From NCBI GenBank assembly GCA_964636325.1, contig CAZWRV010000010.1, positions 29,072 to 93,071 on the forward strand: a DNA stretch of 64,000 nt. Reading direction: 5' to 3'. Positions within the stretch are counted from its first letter, which is position 1. Every line of letters starts with the position of its first letter. The notes beneath the pieces are model-generated. The model was not told where the DNA came from, ran no database searches, and saw only the letters and a list, made by a program, of their open reading frames with translations. This document shows, in pieces, positions 55,153 through 64,000 of the stretch. The position numbers and the translations under genes were made by a program. Source of the stretch: an uncultured Victivallaceae bacterium (GTDB lineage: Bacteria; Verrucomicrobiota; Lentisphaeria; Victivallales; GWF2-50-93).

Positions 55153-55605
55153 CTGGGCTCCACCTATGAGGCCGTGAACGTCTGGATATTCTGCGTCGTA
55201 TGGCCGCTGTTCACAGTAATGCCCGTCGGAATAATCGCATGGCAGTTTTTCGTAATTCGGAAGCTGAGGAGCAAGGGCTAAAAAAAGACCGGATACTTCC
55301 TGATCCAGCCCTTGCAGTCACTGTCTGAACAAGCTGCGGAGCAATCAGCCCGACAGTATCCTTGCGAGCAGCACTATGACCAGCCCGCAAAACAGCAGGC
55401 TGATCACCTTCGATAAACCAGACTTCCGCCTGGCCATGTCGTCCGTCTTCAACCCCGTCACGAACTCGCCGAAGAACGGCCAGGCCGAGGCCAGCAGCAG
55501 TATGAACACGGGCAGCGAAGCCCACGAGTCGCAGGCGATCAGCGCCCAGACAAGCAGTCCGAGCGCAACAACGGCATACGCGGCTCAGGATGTCTGAAAT
55601 TTCCG

Positions 55606-58600
55606 TTACGAATCCAGGACTTCCCGGACTTTGGCGTGGAGGGATTCGGCGGTGAAAGGTTTCTGGAGGAAGTGGGTTCCTGCCTCCATTATTCCGCGCT
55701 GGGCGATGAGATCCCTTTCGTAGCCTGACATGAAGAGTATCTTGATGCGGGGTCTTTTTGCGCGGATCCGCTCATAAAGTTCTCTGCCGCTGATCAAAGG
55801 CATGATGACGTCCGTGATGAGCATGTCGACATGCTCCGACGACTTTTCGAAGAACTGAAGACATTCCTCCGGCCTTGCGAAGCAGATGACCTTGAACTTG
55901 AGGTTTTCAAGGATGAGCTTTGCGATGTTCATCACCATCTCGTTGTCCTCGACTATGGCGATGGTTTCTCCGCCGGAGTCCGGCCTTGGTGCGGGAGCGG
56001 GCTGCGCGGCCGGAACCTTCTCTACCTGCTGAGTCGCCGGGAAATATATCTTGAAGGAGCTTCCCTTGCCTAGCTCGGAGAAGACCTTGATCTGTCCGGC
56101 ATGCTGTTTGACGATGCCGTAGACTGTCGAAAGGCCGAGGCCGGTGCCCTTGCCGATCGCCTTCGTCGTGAAGAATGGTTCGAAGATGTGGTCCATGACC
56201 GCCTTGTCCATGCCGTGGCCTGTGTCTGAGACCGTCATGCAAGTATAGTCGCCCGGCACCAGGTCCTGGAAGTCTGCGGAGTCCTTGTCCTCCAGCCTTG
56301 TGTTTTCCAGCGTGAATTTCAGCGTGCCGCCATTCGGCATTGCGTCCTGTGCATTTATTGCGAGGTTGATGACGATCTGCTCGATCTGGCCGATGTCGGC
56401 CTTGACGGGCCTGATGCCGTCGGGCAGGTCGAACTCGATCCTGATGTCCTCCCTGATGGTGCGCTTTATTATCTTGGAGATTTTCTTGATGACGTCCTTG
56501 AGATTTACGGTCTTGAGATCGAGCATCTGCTTTCTTCCGAACGCGAGGAGCTGGCGCGTGAGATCCTTGGCGCTTTCGGCGGCGCTCTTCATCTGCTCTA
56601 TCTGTGCGCGGCGCGGATCGTCCTGGGGCAGGTCCATGCGGAGTATGTCGGCGTAGCCGAGGATGGGGGTGAGGAGGTTGTTGAAGTCGTGTGCGATTCC
56701 GCCTGCGAGCCTTCCGACCGACTCCATCTTCTGAGCCTGATGGAGCTGCTCTTCGAGCCTGAGGCGTTCCTCCTCGGAGAGCTTGCGTTCGGTTATGTCG
56801 CTGACGATGTGGACCGCGCCCCTGATACTGGTGTTTTCTCCGAGTATGGGATCCGCCTTTACTTGGAACCATCTTTCGCCTATCTTCAGTTCCTGCGATT
56901 CCTTCTGCCTTGTCGAGATCATCCTGAGGACGGGGCATTGCGGGACGGGCTCCTTCGTCCCGTGGACGATTTCCCAGCAGTGTTTCCCGGCGAGCTGCGA
57001 GGATTCCATGCCGGCGAAGGCGGCCATGGCCTTGTTGCATCGGACGATCCTGAATTCGCTGTCGAGGAGGCAGACGGCGTCGCTTACGGCGTCGAACGTG
57101 GAGGTCCATTCCTTTGCCGCCGCCTCGAGCGCCATTTCGGTCTTCCTTCTGCCGGTGATGTCGTTGAAGATGGTGGCGAACCTGCCCTTCTCGGGGGAGA
57201 AGGCCCTGATCTCGAAAAACTTGTTCAGCGGCGCGGAATATTGCTCGAAGAATACCGGTTCTTCCGAGAGGGCCACTTTGCCATACCGTTCAATCCATGA
57301 TTCCTCCAGATCCGGAATAAGTTCCTTGGCGGTCCTTCCGATTACGTTTTTTGATTTCATCCCGGTGAGCTGTTCAAACGCTTCGTTGACCGCCAGGAAA
57401 CGGTAGTCGACGGGCGTCCCCTTCTCGTCGCAGATGATCTCGTGAAGTGCGAAGCCGCTCATCATCTCATGAAAGAGCTGGCGATACTGGCTCTGCCCTT
57501 CGGCGAGGGTCTTGTGGATGTGGGAAGACGCTAGGAGCGCAACGACGATTGCGGCGAGCAGGCCTATGAAGAGGGCGTGATACGGAGCCATGGAGGCGTT
57601 CATTGACAGGAAATGGCGTGTGGGGCATACCGTAAGCATCCATTCGCGTCCGCCGAACGGAATCTTATGTGTCAACGCCATGCCTCTTGAGATCGTGCTG
57701 TTGTTGATCGAGGAGTAAAGGACTTTCATCTCTTCGCCTCGTTTGCCGAGGTCGGCGAGTTCAACCGCCATCTCGTTCCAGTCTGCCGTGCTGACCAGGC
57801 GCGAGAATATGTCCTTGAATATGAATGTTCCGGCCGCATATCCCTGAAGGGCCGAGACGCGGTCCGCAGCCGTCTCCATCGGGCGATCCTTAGTATATAC
57901 CGGCTGGAGAAACATGAACCCGCCTGAAGAAGGCTTTTCCTGGGGGATGCGGGCTCCGATTACGGCCGTCTGCCGCCCGTTTGTGGCCGCCTCGGCCAGG
58001 GCGGCCTTGATCTTGTCGTCGGAGGCGAGGTCGTATCCAGCCATGATCCCGTTGCCGGCGGCGGGTTCGAAATAGAAGACGGGATAATACTCGTCCTGCC
58101 GAGGGGAAGGCGCGAGGGTTCCGCCGTCGGCCAGGCAGGTGAAACGGCAGGGGGTGCCCAAGTCTTCCGAAAGCTCCTTCTCATATTTCTCCCTGGCGTC
58201 GTCGGCCACGCGCGGAATCCATATGATGTTCTGGATGCTGTTGTTGTCCGTCAGTATGCTGGACGTGAAGGTTCGGAACTCGCTTCTGGAGACGAACTGG
58301 CTTGAGTCGAAGAAGCTGACGAGCGATCTGACGTCGTTTTCCATGTTGCTGAGTTCCTTTTCGAGAGCGAGCTTGAGCGGTATTGCCTCCATCCTTTCGA
58401 AGCTTTGCATCTGCTGGATATGCCCGATTTTCCTGGCTATGTGGAAAAGTATAAGCGACATGGCAATCCCTACGACGGTGATAAGGGCGACGACGGCGGT
58501 ATGTCTTCTTGTCCATCCGATGCCTCCGATTCCGCCGCGCGGCTTCAGCCTTTGCTGCATTAGATGGAAGAACGCCGTAAGCATGACGGCGACGATGAAA

Positions 58601-59448
58601 AAGAAGATCATCGCCATGGATATTTCCCGTGCGGCCTGGGTTGTAATGTCGCGCCTGCAGGTTGTCGAGAGCGTGAACAGCGGACTCCCGTCCAGATCCA
58701 GGGCGGTCCAACTGACCTTGAAAAGCGAGCCGCCGATGTCTTCGACGAGGTATTTCTGATCTATGAAGATGCGGTTACCCCGGGCGCTTTCGGTTCCGTC
58801 GTCCGGACTGGTGGTGGAAAAGGCCAGGTCGGCCGTTCCAGTCTTATAGGATATTTCGTCTATGAGCTGTTTGTCCACGAGCCTGCCCATGAGGACTGCG
58901 CCGAGGATAGGCCCTTCGCCATTGGTGGTGAGGATGGGGTTCGATGAAACGATCAAAGGTCCGTGCTCCGTGGCGATTATCCCCGACACCTGGGACTGCG
59001 GCGCGGGCAGCCAGAGCATTTTTGTGAAGCCGCCTTGGACTTTTCCGGAGAGATCCTTGAAGTTGAGGCTCTTGGGAATGGCCGGGTCATAGCCATGAAA
59101 ATGCAGAATGTCTCCTTGGATTTCGGCGATGCAAACGAAGCTGATGCGGTTGTTCTCGAGCATCGTGTCGCTGAAGTTGGACTTGATGAAGGCGGAGTTC
59201 CTGTCCTTCACGAATCCATATGCGTCGTCCCAGAGCCCCCAGTCGTGGCATATCGATGAAATCCTGGCCTTCTCGCTTTCGATTGCGGCGGCGCAGCGCG
59301 CCATAGGTTCGGTCGCTCGCCGCCGTTCGATCTCCTCGAAGGATCTGTAGACGGTGAGCCTCATTACGGCGAACGCCGCGGCGGAGACCGTCCCCAGCCA
59401 GGCAAACAAGAGGAGCATCCGGTAGATCAGACTGGCTCTGCCATGCAT
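55606..59448 (-). CDS. Hybrid sensor histidine kinase/response regulator with CHASE4-like and CHASE-like sensor domains and two PAS domains
   Basis: ATG 59448 has GGAGG 8 nt upstream; the track start TTG 59523 is less likely. Two TM-bounded extracytoplasmic regions (WGLWDDAY.. CHASE4-like; YYPVFYFEP.. CHASE-like). H-box GGIAHDFNNLLT, HATPase DTGHGMD/GTGLGLS, and receiver MLITDVIMP. Confidence 0.88.
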   Translation of the reverse strand: MHGRASLIYRMLLLFAWLGTVSAAAFAVMRLTVYRSFEEIERRRATEPMARCAAAIESEKARISSICHDWGLWDDAYGFVKDRNSAFIKSNFSDTMLENNRISFVCIAEIQGDILHFHGYDPAIPKSLNFKDLSGKVQGGFTKMLWLPAPQSQVSGIIATEHGPLIVSSNPILTTNGEGPILGAVLMGRLVDKQLIDEISYKTGTADLAFSTTSPDDGTESARGNRIFIDQKYLVEDIGGSLFKVSWTALDLDGSPLFTLSTTCRRDITTQAAREISMAMIFFFIVAVMLTAFFHLMQQRLKPRGGIGGIGWTRRHTAVVALITVVGIAMSLILFHIARKIGHIQQMQSFERMEAIPLKLALEKELSNMENDVRSLVSFFDSSQFVSRSEFRTFTSSILTDNNSIQNIIWIPRVADDAREKYEKELSEDLGTPCRFTCLADGGTLAPSPRQDEYYPVFYFEPAAGNGIMAGYDLASDDKIKAALAEAATNGRQTAVIGARIPQEKPSSGGFMFLQPVYTKDRPMETAADRVSALQGYAAGTFIFKDIFSRLVSTADWNEMAVELADLGKRGEEMKVLYSSINNSTISRGMALTHKIPFGGREWMLTVCPTRHFLSMNASMAPYHALFIGLLAAIVVALLASSHIHKTLAEGQSQYRQLFHEMMSGFALHEIICDEKGTPVDYRFLAVNEAFEQLTGMKSKNVIGRTAKELIPDLEESWIERYGKVALSEEPVFFEQYSAPLNKFFEIRAFSPEKGRFATIFNDITGRRKTEMALEAAAKEWTSTFDAVSDAVCLLDSEFRIVRCNKAMAAFAGMESSQLAGKHCWEIVHGTKEPVPQCPVLRMISTRQKESQELKIGERWFQVKADPILGENTSIRGAVHIVSDITERKLSEEERLRLEEQLHQAQKMESVGRLAGGIAHDFNNLLTPILGYADILRMDLPQDDPRRAQIEQMKSAAESAKDLTRQLLAFGRKQMLDLKTVNLKDVIKKISKIIKRTIREDIRIEFDLPDGIRPVKADIGQIEQIVINLAINAQDAMPNGGTLKFTLENTRLEDKDSADFQDLVPGDYTCMTVSDTGHGMDKAVMDHIFEPFFTTKAIGKGTGLGLSTVYGIVKQHAGQIKVFSELGKGSSFKIYFPATQQVEKVPAAQPAPAPRPDSGGETIAIVEDNEMVMNIAKLILENLKFKVICFARPEECLQFFEKSSEHVDMLITDVIMPLISGRELYERIRAKRPRIKILFMSGYERDLIAQRGIMEAGTHFLQKPFTAESLHAKVREVLDS

Positions 59449-59519
59449 GACAGCCTCCGGGAGATAAGGATAGGATATGAGCTTCAGCCTTTGGAAATAT
59501 ATAGCCGCGCCGAGTTTTG

Positions 59520-60569
59520 TCAAACGGATTTATCGGGCGCCGGCGCCGTGGATTTTTTCGCGCCCTTGAGGAGTATGGAAGGTTTCTTCTCGATCTCAGC
59601 CTCTAGGAGCTTCAGGTCGGTCTTCAGGCTGGCGAAGTCCCTGTATCTGTTGTCCGGCTTGCGGGCTATCATCTTGTCGATGAGCGAGACGATCCTGTGG
59701 TGGCAGCCCTTGATCAGGCTCTTGACGCTGAGTATCCTGAACGAGCTGACATGCTTCGTGATGAGGTCGTTTATCTCGGACTCGGTGTAGTACGGCCTTC
59801 CCTTCAGCATGTGGAAGAGGATCATGCCCAGGCTGTATATTTCGCTGTATTCGCCCTCCGACGCGCCGACTATCCTTTCCGGCGGGACGTAGAACGGCGA
59901 TCCTTCGAACTCGTCCGGGACGACCGTGCGGCTCAGCGCCTCCTCCTTAGGGATGCAGAGGCCGTAGTCGAACATCTTCACCATGCCCTTCTTCTCCAGC
60001 ATGATGTTCTCCGGCTTGAGATCCCTGTAGAGGTATCCCTTCGAGCATATGTGCATCTCCGCCTCGACGATCTGCATGATGATCGATATCGCCCTCTTCT
60101 CGGAGATGTGCCCCTTCCTTCCGATGTAGTCGTCCAGCCTCTCCCCGTCGATGAACGGAGTGACGATGTAGTATTCGTTGCCTTCGCAGCCGTATTCGAT
60201 GATGCTGAGGAGGTTGGGATGGTCCCCCACGACCGTCCCCACCCTGCCTTCCCTGAGGAGGCTTTCGGCATAGACGGAGTCCTTCTTCTTAGCCTTCTGC
60301 ACGAGCTTGACGGCGAACTTCTCCTGCCTGCTGTCGATGTTGCGCGCCTTGAACACGTGGCCCACCCCGCCGCCGCCGATGGGTTTGTAGAGGACATAGT
60401 CCTTGATCCTGGCGGGGAAGAAGATTCTGGTGCCGCAGCGCGGGCATGGGCTCACTTCGAGGACGTGCGCGGGGTTGCTGAACTCCAGGAAGCAGAACGG
60501 ACAGCGGACTACCCCGCGGGAATAGAATTTCAGGTCGGCTACTTTTATTTCGTCCATCTGCCGGGGCAC
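59520..60569 (-). CDS. Hanks-type Ser/Thr protein kinase with N-terminal double CxxC zinc ribbon
   Basis: CPFC..CPRC, Gly-loop IGGGGVGHV, FAVKLV Lys, catalytic loop YRDLKPEN, DYG (DFG variant) and PPE (APE variant). GTG 60569 or ATG 60557. Confidence 0.88.
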   Translation of the reverse strand: MPRQMDEIKVADLKFYSRGVVRCPFCFLEFSNPAHVLEVSPCPRCGTRIFFPARIKDYVLYKPIGGGGVGHVFKARNIDSRQEKFAVKLVQKAKKKDSVYAESLLREGRVGTVVGDHPNLLSIIEYGCEGNEYYIVTPFIDGERLDDYIGRKGHISEKRAISIIMQIVEAEMHICSKGYLYRDLKPENIMLEKKGMVKMFDYGLCIPKEEALSRTVVPDEFEGSPFYVPPERIVGASEGEYSEIYSLGMILFHMLKGRPYYTESEINDLITKHVSSFRILSVKSLIKGCHHRIVSLIDKMIARKPDNRYRDFASLKTDLKLLEAEIEKKPSILLKGAKKSTAPAPDKSV

Positions 60570-60670
60570 ACCTTTCCTTGTGTTAAAACGGCTTGAAAAA
60601 TGACGATATTTCTTTTAAGAACATATACTCGCGGCGAAACCATTTCAATAGAGGCTGTTTCAAAATTGCC

Positions 60671-62047
60671 CTAGTCCAGCTTGGGCTTAACGGGATACTT
60701 GCCGGTGAAGCATGCGTGGCAGTAGTTCTTGGGATCCGAATTCCTGACGCATGACAGCATCCCGTCGAGCGAGAGGTATTCGAGGCTGTCCGCCCCGATC
60801 TTCCGGGCGATCTCCTTGACGGATGAGCTGTTTGCGATGAGCTCCTCGGCGCGGGGGAAGTCTATTCCGTAGAAGCAGGGCTGGATGTGCGGGGGGCAGC
60901 TTATGCGCATATGGACCTCCTTCGCGCCGTTCTCGCGGAGCGTCCTTACCCGCTCGGTGCTGGTGTTGCCCCTCACGATGCTGTCCTCGACGAGGCATAT
61001 CCTTCTTCCCTCGATTGCCTCGCGGATCGGGTTGAGCTTGAGGTTCACCGCGGCCTTCCTGTCGGCCTGGCTGGGCCTTATGAAGGTCCTGCCCACGTAG
61101 TGGTTCCTCATTATGCCGAGCTCGAACGGGATGCCAGACGCCTCGGAATAGCCAAGGGCGGCATACATCCCGCTGTCGGGGACGGGGACGATGAGGTCAG
61201 CCTCCACGGGGTGCTCCTGGGCTAGCCTTTTGCCGAAGCTCTTCCTTGTCCCGAACACGCTTTCCCCGAAGACCCTGCTGTCGGGCCGCGCGAAGTAGAT
61301 CAGCTCGAAGATGCAGTGCGCCTTCTTCGGCGAATATGATATGATGCGGCTCTGCGGCTCGCCGCCGGACGCGATCTGGACGATTTCGCCAGGCTCCACC
61401 TCGCGCTCGTATTTCGCGCCGACCATGTCGATGGCGCATGTCTCGGAGGCGAAGACGTAGGAGTCTCCCAGCCTGGCCATCGAAAGGGGCCTGAATCCGA
61501 ACGGGTCGCGCGCCACTGCGAGGCCGGCCTCGCAGAGGGCCACGATGGAATAGGCTCCCTCGGCGTTCTTCAACGCGTATTCCAGAGCCTCCCACGGCTC
61601 GGTGCCCGGCTGGTGGTGCCTGGCGGCAATGTGCAGGAGTATCTCGGTGTCCATGTCCCCCTGGAAAATCGAACCCTTGTTCTTGAGGTGCCTGCGCCAG
61701 TGCTCGGCGTTCGACAGGGTTCCGTTGTGGGCGAGCGCAAGATACCATTTGTCGAAGTCGACGGCGAACGGCTGGGCGTTCGAGATGTCGGACTTACCGG
61801 CGGTGCTGTATCTGACATGGCCTATTGCGGTTGTACCCCGGGCCTCCCTGAGCTCCCTGGGAAGCTTCGGGAATACTTCCGCAACAAGCCCCATCCCCTT
61901 GTGCAGCGTGCACTTGCCGCCGCCCAGCACGAAGATACCGGCGCTCTCCTGGCCGCGGTGCTGCAGGGAGAAAAGGCCCAGCCTCGTTATCTCAGCTGCC
62001 TCCGGATGGTTCGCGACCGCAAATATGCCGCATGATTCCTTCAGCAT
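60671..62047 (-). CDS. purF: Amidophosphoribosyltransferase
   Basis: N-terminal ..CGIFAV (Ntn Cys), the PRPP loop LVEDSIVRGNT, and the C-terminal Cys cluster CHACFTGKYP. Confidence 0.93.
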   Translation of the reverse strand: MLKESCGIFAVANHPEAAEITRLGLFSLQHRGQESAGIFVLGGGKCTLHKGMGLVAEVFPKLPRELREARGTTAIGHVRYSTAGKSDISNAQPFAVDFDKWYLALAHNGTLSNAEHWRRHLKNKGSIFQGDMDTEILLHIAARHHQPGTEPWEALEYALKNAEGAYSIVALCEAGLAVARDPFGFRPLSMARLGDSYVFASETCAIDMVGAKYEREVEPGEIVQIASGGEPQSRIISYSPKKAHCIFELIYFARPDSRVFGESVFGTRKSFGKRLAQEHPVEADLIVPVPDSGMYAALGYSEASGIPFELGIMRNHYVGRTFIRPSQADRKAAVNLKLNPIREAIEGRRICLVEDSIVRGNTSTERVRTLRENGAKEVHMRISCPPHIQPCFYGIDFPRAEELIANSSSVKEIARKIGADSLEYLSLDGMLSCVRNSDPKNYCHACFTGKYPVKPKLD

Positions 62048-62199
62048 GATAAACCTCGTATGGTTGTGGAAAGAGAAAGCTTTACGATAAGATGAAGCGG
62101 ATGATTTTCAAGCCTCCCGCAAATTATTGCGCTCCGAGCTTGCAAGTGGCATCTGCAAATGTTAGAATTCGATGTTTTTCGAATCGGGTTTATTGCGGC

Positions 62200-64000
62200 A
62201 TGACGGCGGCAGGCATACAGGCCAGGAACAGGATGATGCAAGGGAAAAAGGAAATTAAAGGAACAGCGGGCAAGGCAGGGCAGACCGACTTCTGCTCGAA
62301 TTCCTTGCTGGACAACATGCCCTTCCCCTGCATTCTCGTGGGGGCGGGAGGGCTGATCAGGGCTTTCAACAGATCCGCTGCGGAGCTCTACAGGAGGATA
62401 TCAAGGTGCGCTCTGAAATGTGATGCGCCAGCCGAGAACTTAATCCCCGCGGACAGCCGCGCGCAATTTAAAAAGCTTCTGGCCAAGGCTTTCGCCGGCG
62501 AACGGACAGAGGAGGAAATACAGGTAGGCAACAAAGGTAAGGCCCAGTATTACAAGAGGCAGTTCATGCCCGTCATAGCCGACGACGGCAGAGTCACCGG
62601 CGTATATGTCTGCCATTCGGAGATAACCGGGCAGAAGAGCTTCCAGAACAGGCTCATGACCGAAAGGAACCAGCTCCTTGCCATATTCGACAGCATAGAC
62701 GAGCCCATCTACGTGGCCGATCCCAAAACCTACATGGTCCTATACGCCAACAACGCCGCTATCTCCGCCTTCGGAGAGATCATAAGCAAGAAGTGCTACA
62801 GGGCGTTGCAGAACCTGTCCAAGCCCTGCAGCTTCTGCACCAACAAGCTCATCTTCGGCAAATACAAGGGAGGCACCTACACCTGGGAATTCCAGAACAG
62901 GAAGAACAAACGGTGGTACCGCTGCATCGACAAGGCCATCACCTGGACCGACGGAAGCCTCGTCCGCTACGAGATGGCGGTGGACATAAGCGAGCTCAAG
63001 AAGGCGGAGGAGGGGCTGCGCCTCAGCAGGGAAAGATACCAGAAGCTGTTCGACAACATGAGCTTGTGCGTGGCCGTCTACGAGGCGGCGGACAACGGCA
63101 GGGATTTTATCATCAGGGAATTCAACAAGGCGGCCGCCAGGACCGAGAACGTCAGGGCCGCGGACATCGTCGGCAAAAACGTCCTCGAAGTCTTCCCCGG
63201 CATAAAGGAGATCGGTCTCCTGGACGTCTTCAGGAAGGTATGGCGGACCGGGGAGCCGGCCCACCACCCCTTGTCCTTGTACCGGGACGGGAGGATCGAA
63301 GGCTGGCGCGAGAACTTCGTATACAGGCTCTCGGACAGGGAGATTGTCTCGGTCTACAGCGACCAGACCGAGCGGAAGAAGCTGGAGGAGGAGCTAGTCA
63401 GAACCCAGCGCCTCGAGTCGCTCGGCCAGCTCGCAGGAGGCATAGCCCACGACTTCAACAACATCCTCACGGTGATACTCGGAACCGTCTCCCTCGCGGA
63501 AATGTATTCCCCCCCCGACAAGGCTATGGCCGAGGCGCTCACTACGATAAGCTCCGCCTGCGAGAAGGCCAAGAAGATCACCAATTCCCTCCTGACCTTT
63601 TCCAAGGGCGGTACACCGGTCAGAAGGCCCGTCGAACTCAGGGGGATTGTGGAAAACGCCGCAAAGTCGGTCCTCCACGGCACCGACATCCGTCTCAAGC
63701 TGGACTTCCCGGAATCCCTCCCCCTCATCCTTGCCGACGAGATGCAGATGACGCAGGTCTTCAGCAACCTCCTCACGAATTCCAGATCCGCCATGCCCGG
63801 CGGAGGCGAGATCGAAATCTCCGCCCGCGAGACGGCCTCCGGCGGACGGAAGAAGGGCAAGCTTCCGCTTGCGAAGGGCCGATACGTCTGCGTATCAGTC
63901 GCCGACACCGGCATAGGAATACGGAAGGAGGATCTGCCGAGGATTTACGACCCCTATTTCACCACCAAGGGCAAGGGCTGCGGCCTCGGGCTTTCCGTAT
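62200..64000 (+). CDS. Multi-PAS sensor histidine kinase, 3'-truncated by the window edge
   Basis: Absent from the supplied ORF track because no stop occurs before 64000. My translation is open from ATG 62200 (alternatives ATG 62233/62236). PAS-like segments (one has a Cys cluster CYRAL..CSFC). H-box GGIAHDFNNILT, N-box FSNLLTNSRSAMP, G-boxes DTGIGI and GCGLGLS. Confidence 0.8.
   Translation, partial: MTAAGIQARNRMMQGKKEIKGTAGKAGQTDFCSNSLLDNMPFPCILVGAGGLIRAFNRSAAELYRRISRCALKCDAPAENLIPADSRAQFKKLLAKAFAGERTEEEIQVGNKGKAQYYKRQFMPVIADDGRVTGVYVCHSEITGQKSFQNRLMTERNQLLAIFDSIDEPIYVADPKTYMVLYANNAAISAFGEIISKKCYRALQNLSKPCSFCTNKLIFGKYKGGTYTWEFQNRKNKRWYRCIDKAITWTDGSLVRYEMAVDISELKKAEEGLRLSRERYQKLFDNMSLCVAVYEAADNGRDFIIREFNKAAARTENVRAADIVGKNVLEVFPGIKEIGLLDVFRKVWRTGEPAHHPLSLYRDGRIEGWRENFVYRLSDREIVSVYSDQTERKKLEEELVRTQRLESLGQLAGGIAHDFNNILTVILGTVSLAEMYSPPDKAMAEALTTISSACEKAKKITNSLLTFSKGGTPVRRPVELRGIVENAAKSVLHGTDIRLKLDFPESLPLILADEMQMTQVFSNLLTNSRSAMPGGGEIEISARETASGGRKKGKLPLAKGRYVCVSVADTGIGIRKEDLPRIYDPYFTTKGKGCGLGLSV

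Noticed and set aside
59520-59523. A 4-nt TTGA overlap suggesting translational coupling between the Ser/Thr kinase and the hybrid histidine kinase.
   Set aside because: The overlap depends on a TTG start that would add 25 non-conserved residues. ATG 59448 has a GGAGG RBS at ideal spacing and is followed immediately by the first TM helix, so that start is preferred. The genes are still adjacent and co-oriented.
1-64000. Looked for tRNA, rRNA, tmRNA, RNase P and SRP RNA signatures in all intergenic regions (T-loop GGTTCGAAT, GAGGAAAGTCC, and similar). Also looked for transposase, integrase or reverse-transcriptase genes.
   Set aside because: No convincing match was seen by eye. GGTTCGAGTATCGG at ~50709 lacks any cloverleaf context. 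A covariance-model scan (tRNAscan-SE, Infernal/Rfam) is still needed to exclude structured RNAs, especially in 39070-39744 and 26816-27367.

Overview
This is a 64-kb chromosomal segment that looks moderately GC-rich by eye. It most likely comes from a PVC-superphylum bacterium (Lentisphaerota/Victivallales-like or planctomycete-like). The taxonomic clues are a prepilin-type H-X9-DG protein, DUF4838 paralogues and uroporphyrinogen-decarboxylase-family (URO-D) genes sitting among sugar genes. I support about 45 CDS. Housekeeping genes are secA, pyrE, rlmN, folE, argD, argF, glgP, dut, carA, comEC and purF. There is a carbohydrate/envelope block (GT4, YfhO-like, PfkB kinase, two URO-D-family genes, two DUF4838-like genes, and an SGNH hydrolase fused to a beta-propeller). 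There is also a signalling block: a Hanks-type kinase, a CHASE4/CHASE hybrid histidine kinase, and a multi-PAS histidine kinase that runs off the 3' edge and is missing from the supplied ORF track. I found no rRNA, tRNA, CRISPR array, transposase or integrase. Two things stand out. (1) A five-gene same-strand locus at 29337-39069 encodes a GYF_2/zinc-ribbon/GTPase protein, a membrane protein with a GAP1-N-like N-terminus, a secreted paralogue of that protein's ectodomain, a 1024-aa bitopic helical protein, and a GYF_2 multi-pass membrane protein. I cannot assign it to any characterised system. I think it is a divergent, membrane-embedded relative of the computationally predicted GTPase-associated (GAP1) conflict systems, or alternatively an unknown envelope-spanning GTPase machine. 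(2) The intergenic space is saturated with at least six families of dispersed palindromic, MITE/REP-like repeats. Several of these start immediately after stop codons or end immediately before start codons, and one sits between the first two genes of the candidate system. All functional calls come from motif recognition by eye, with no database search.
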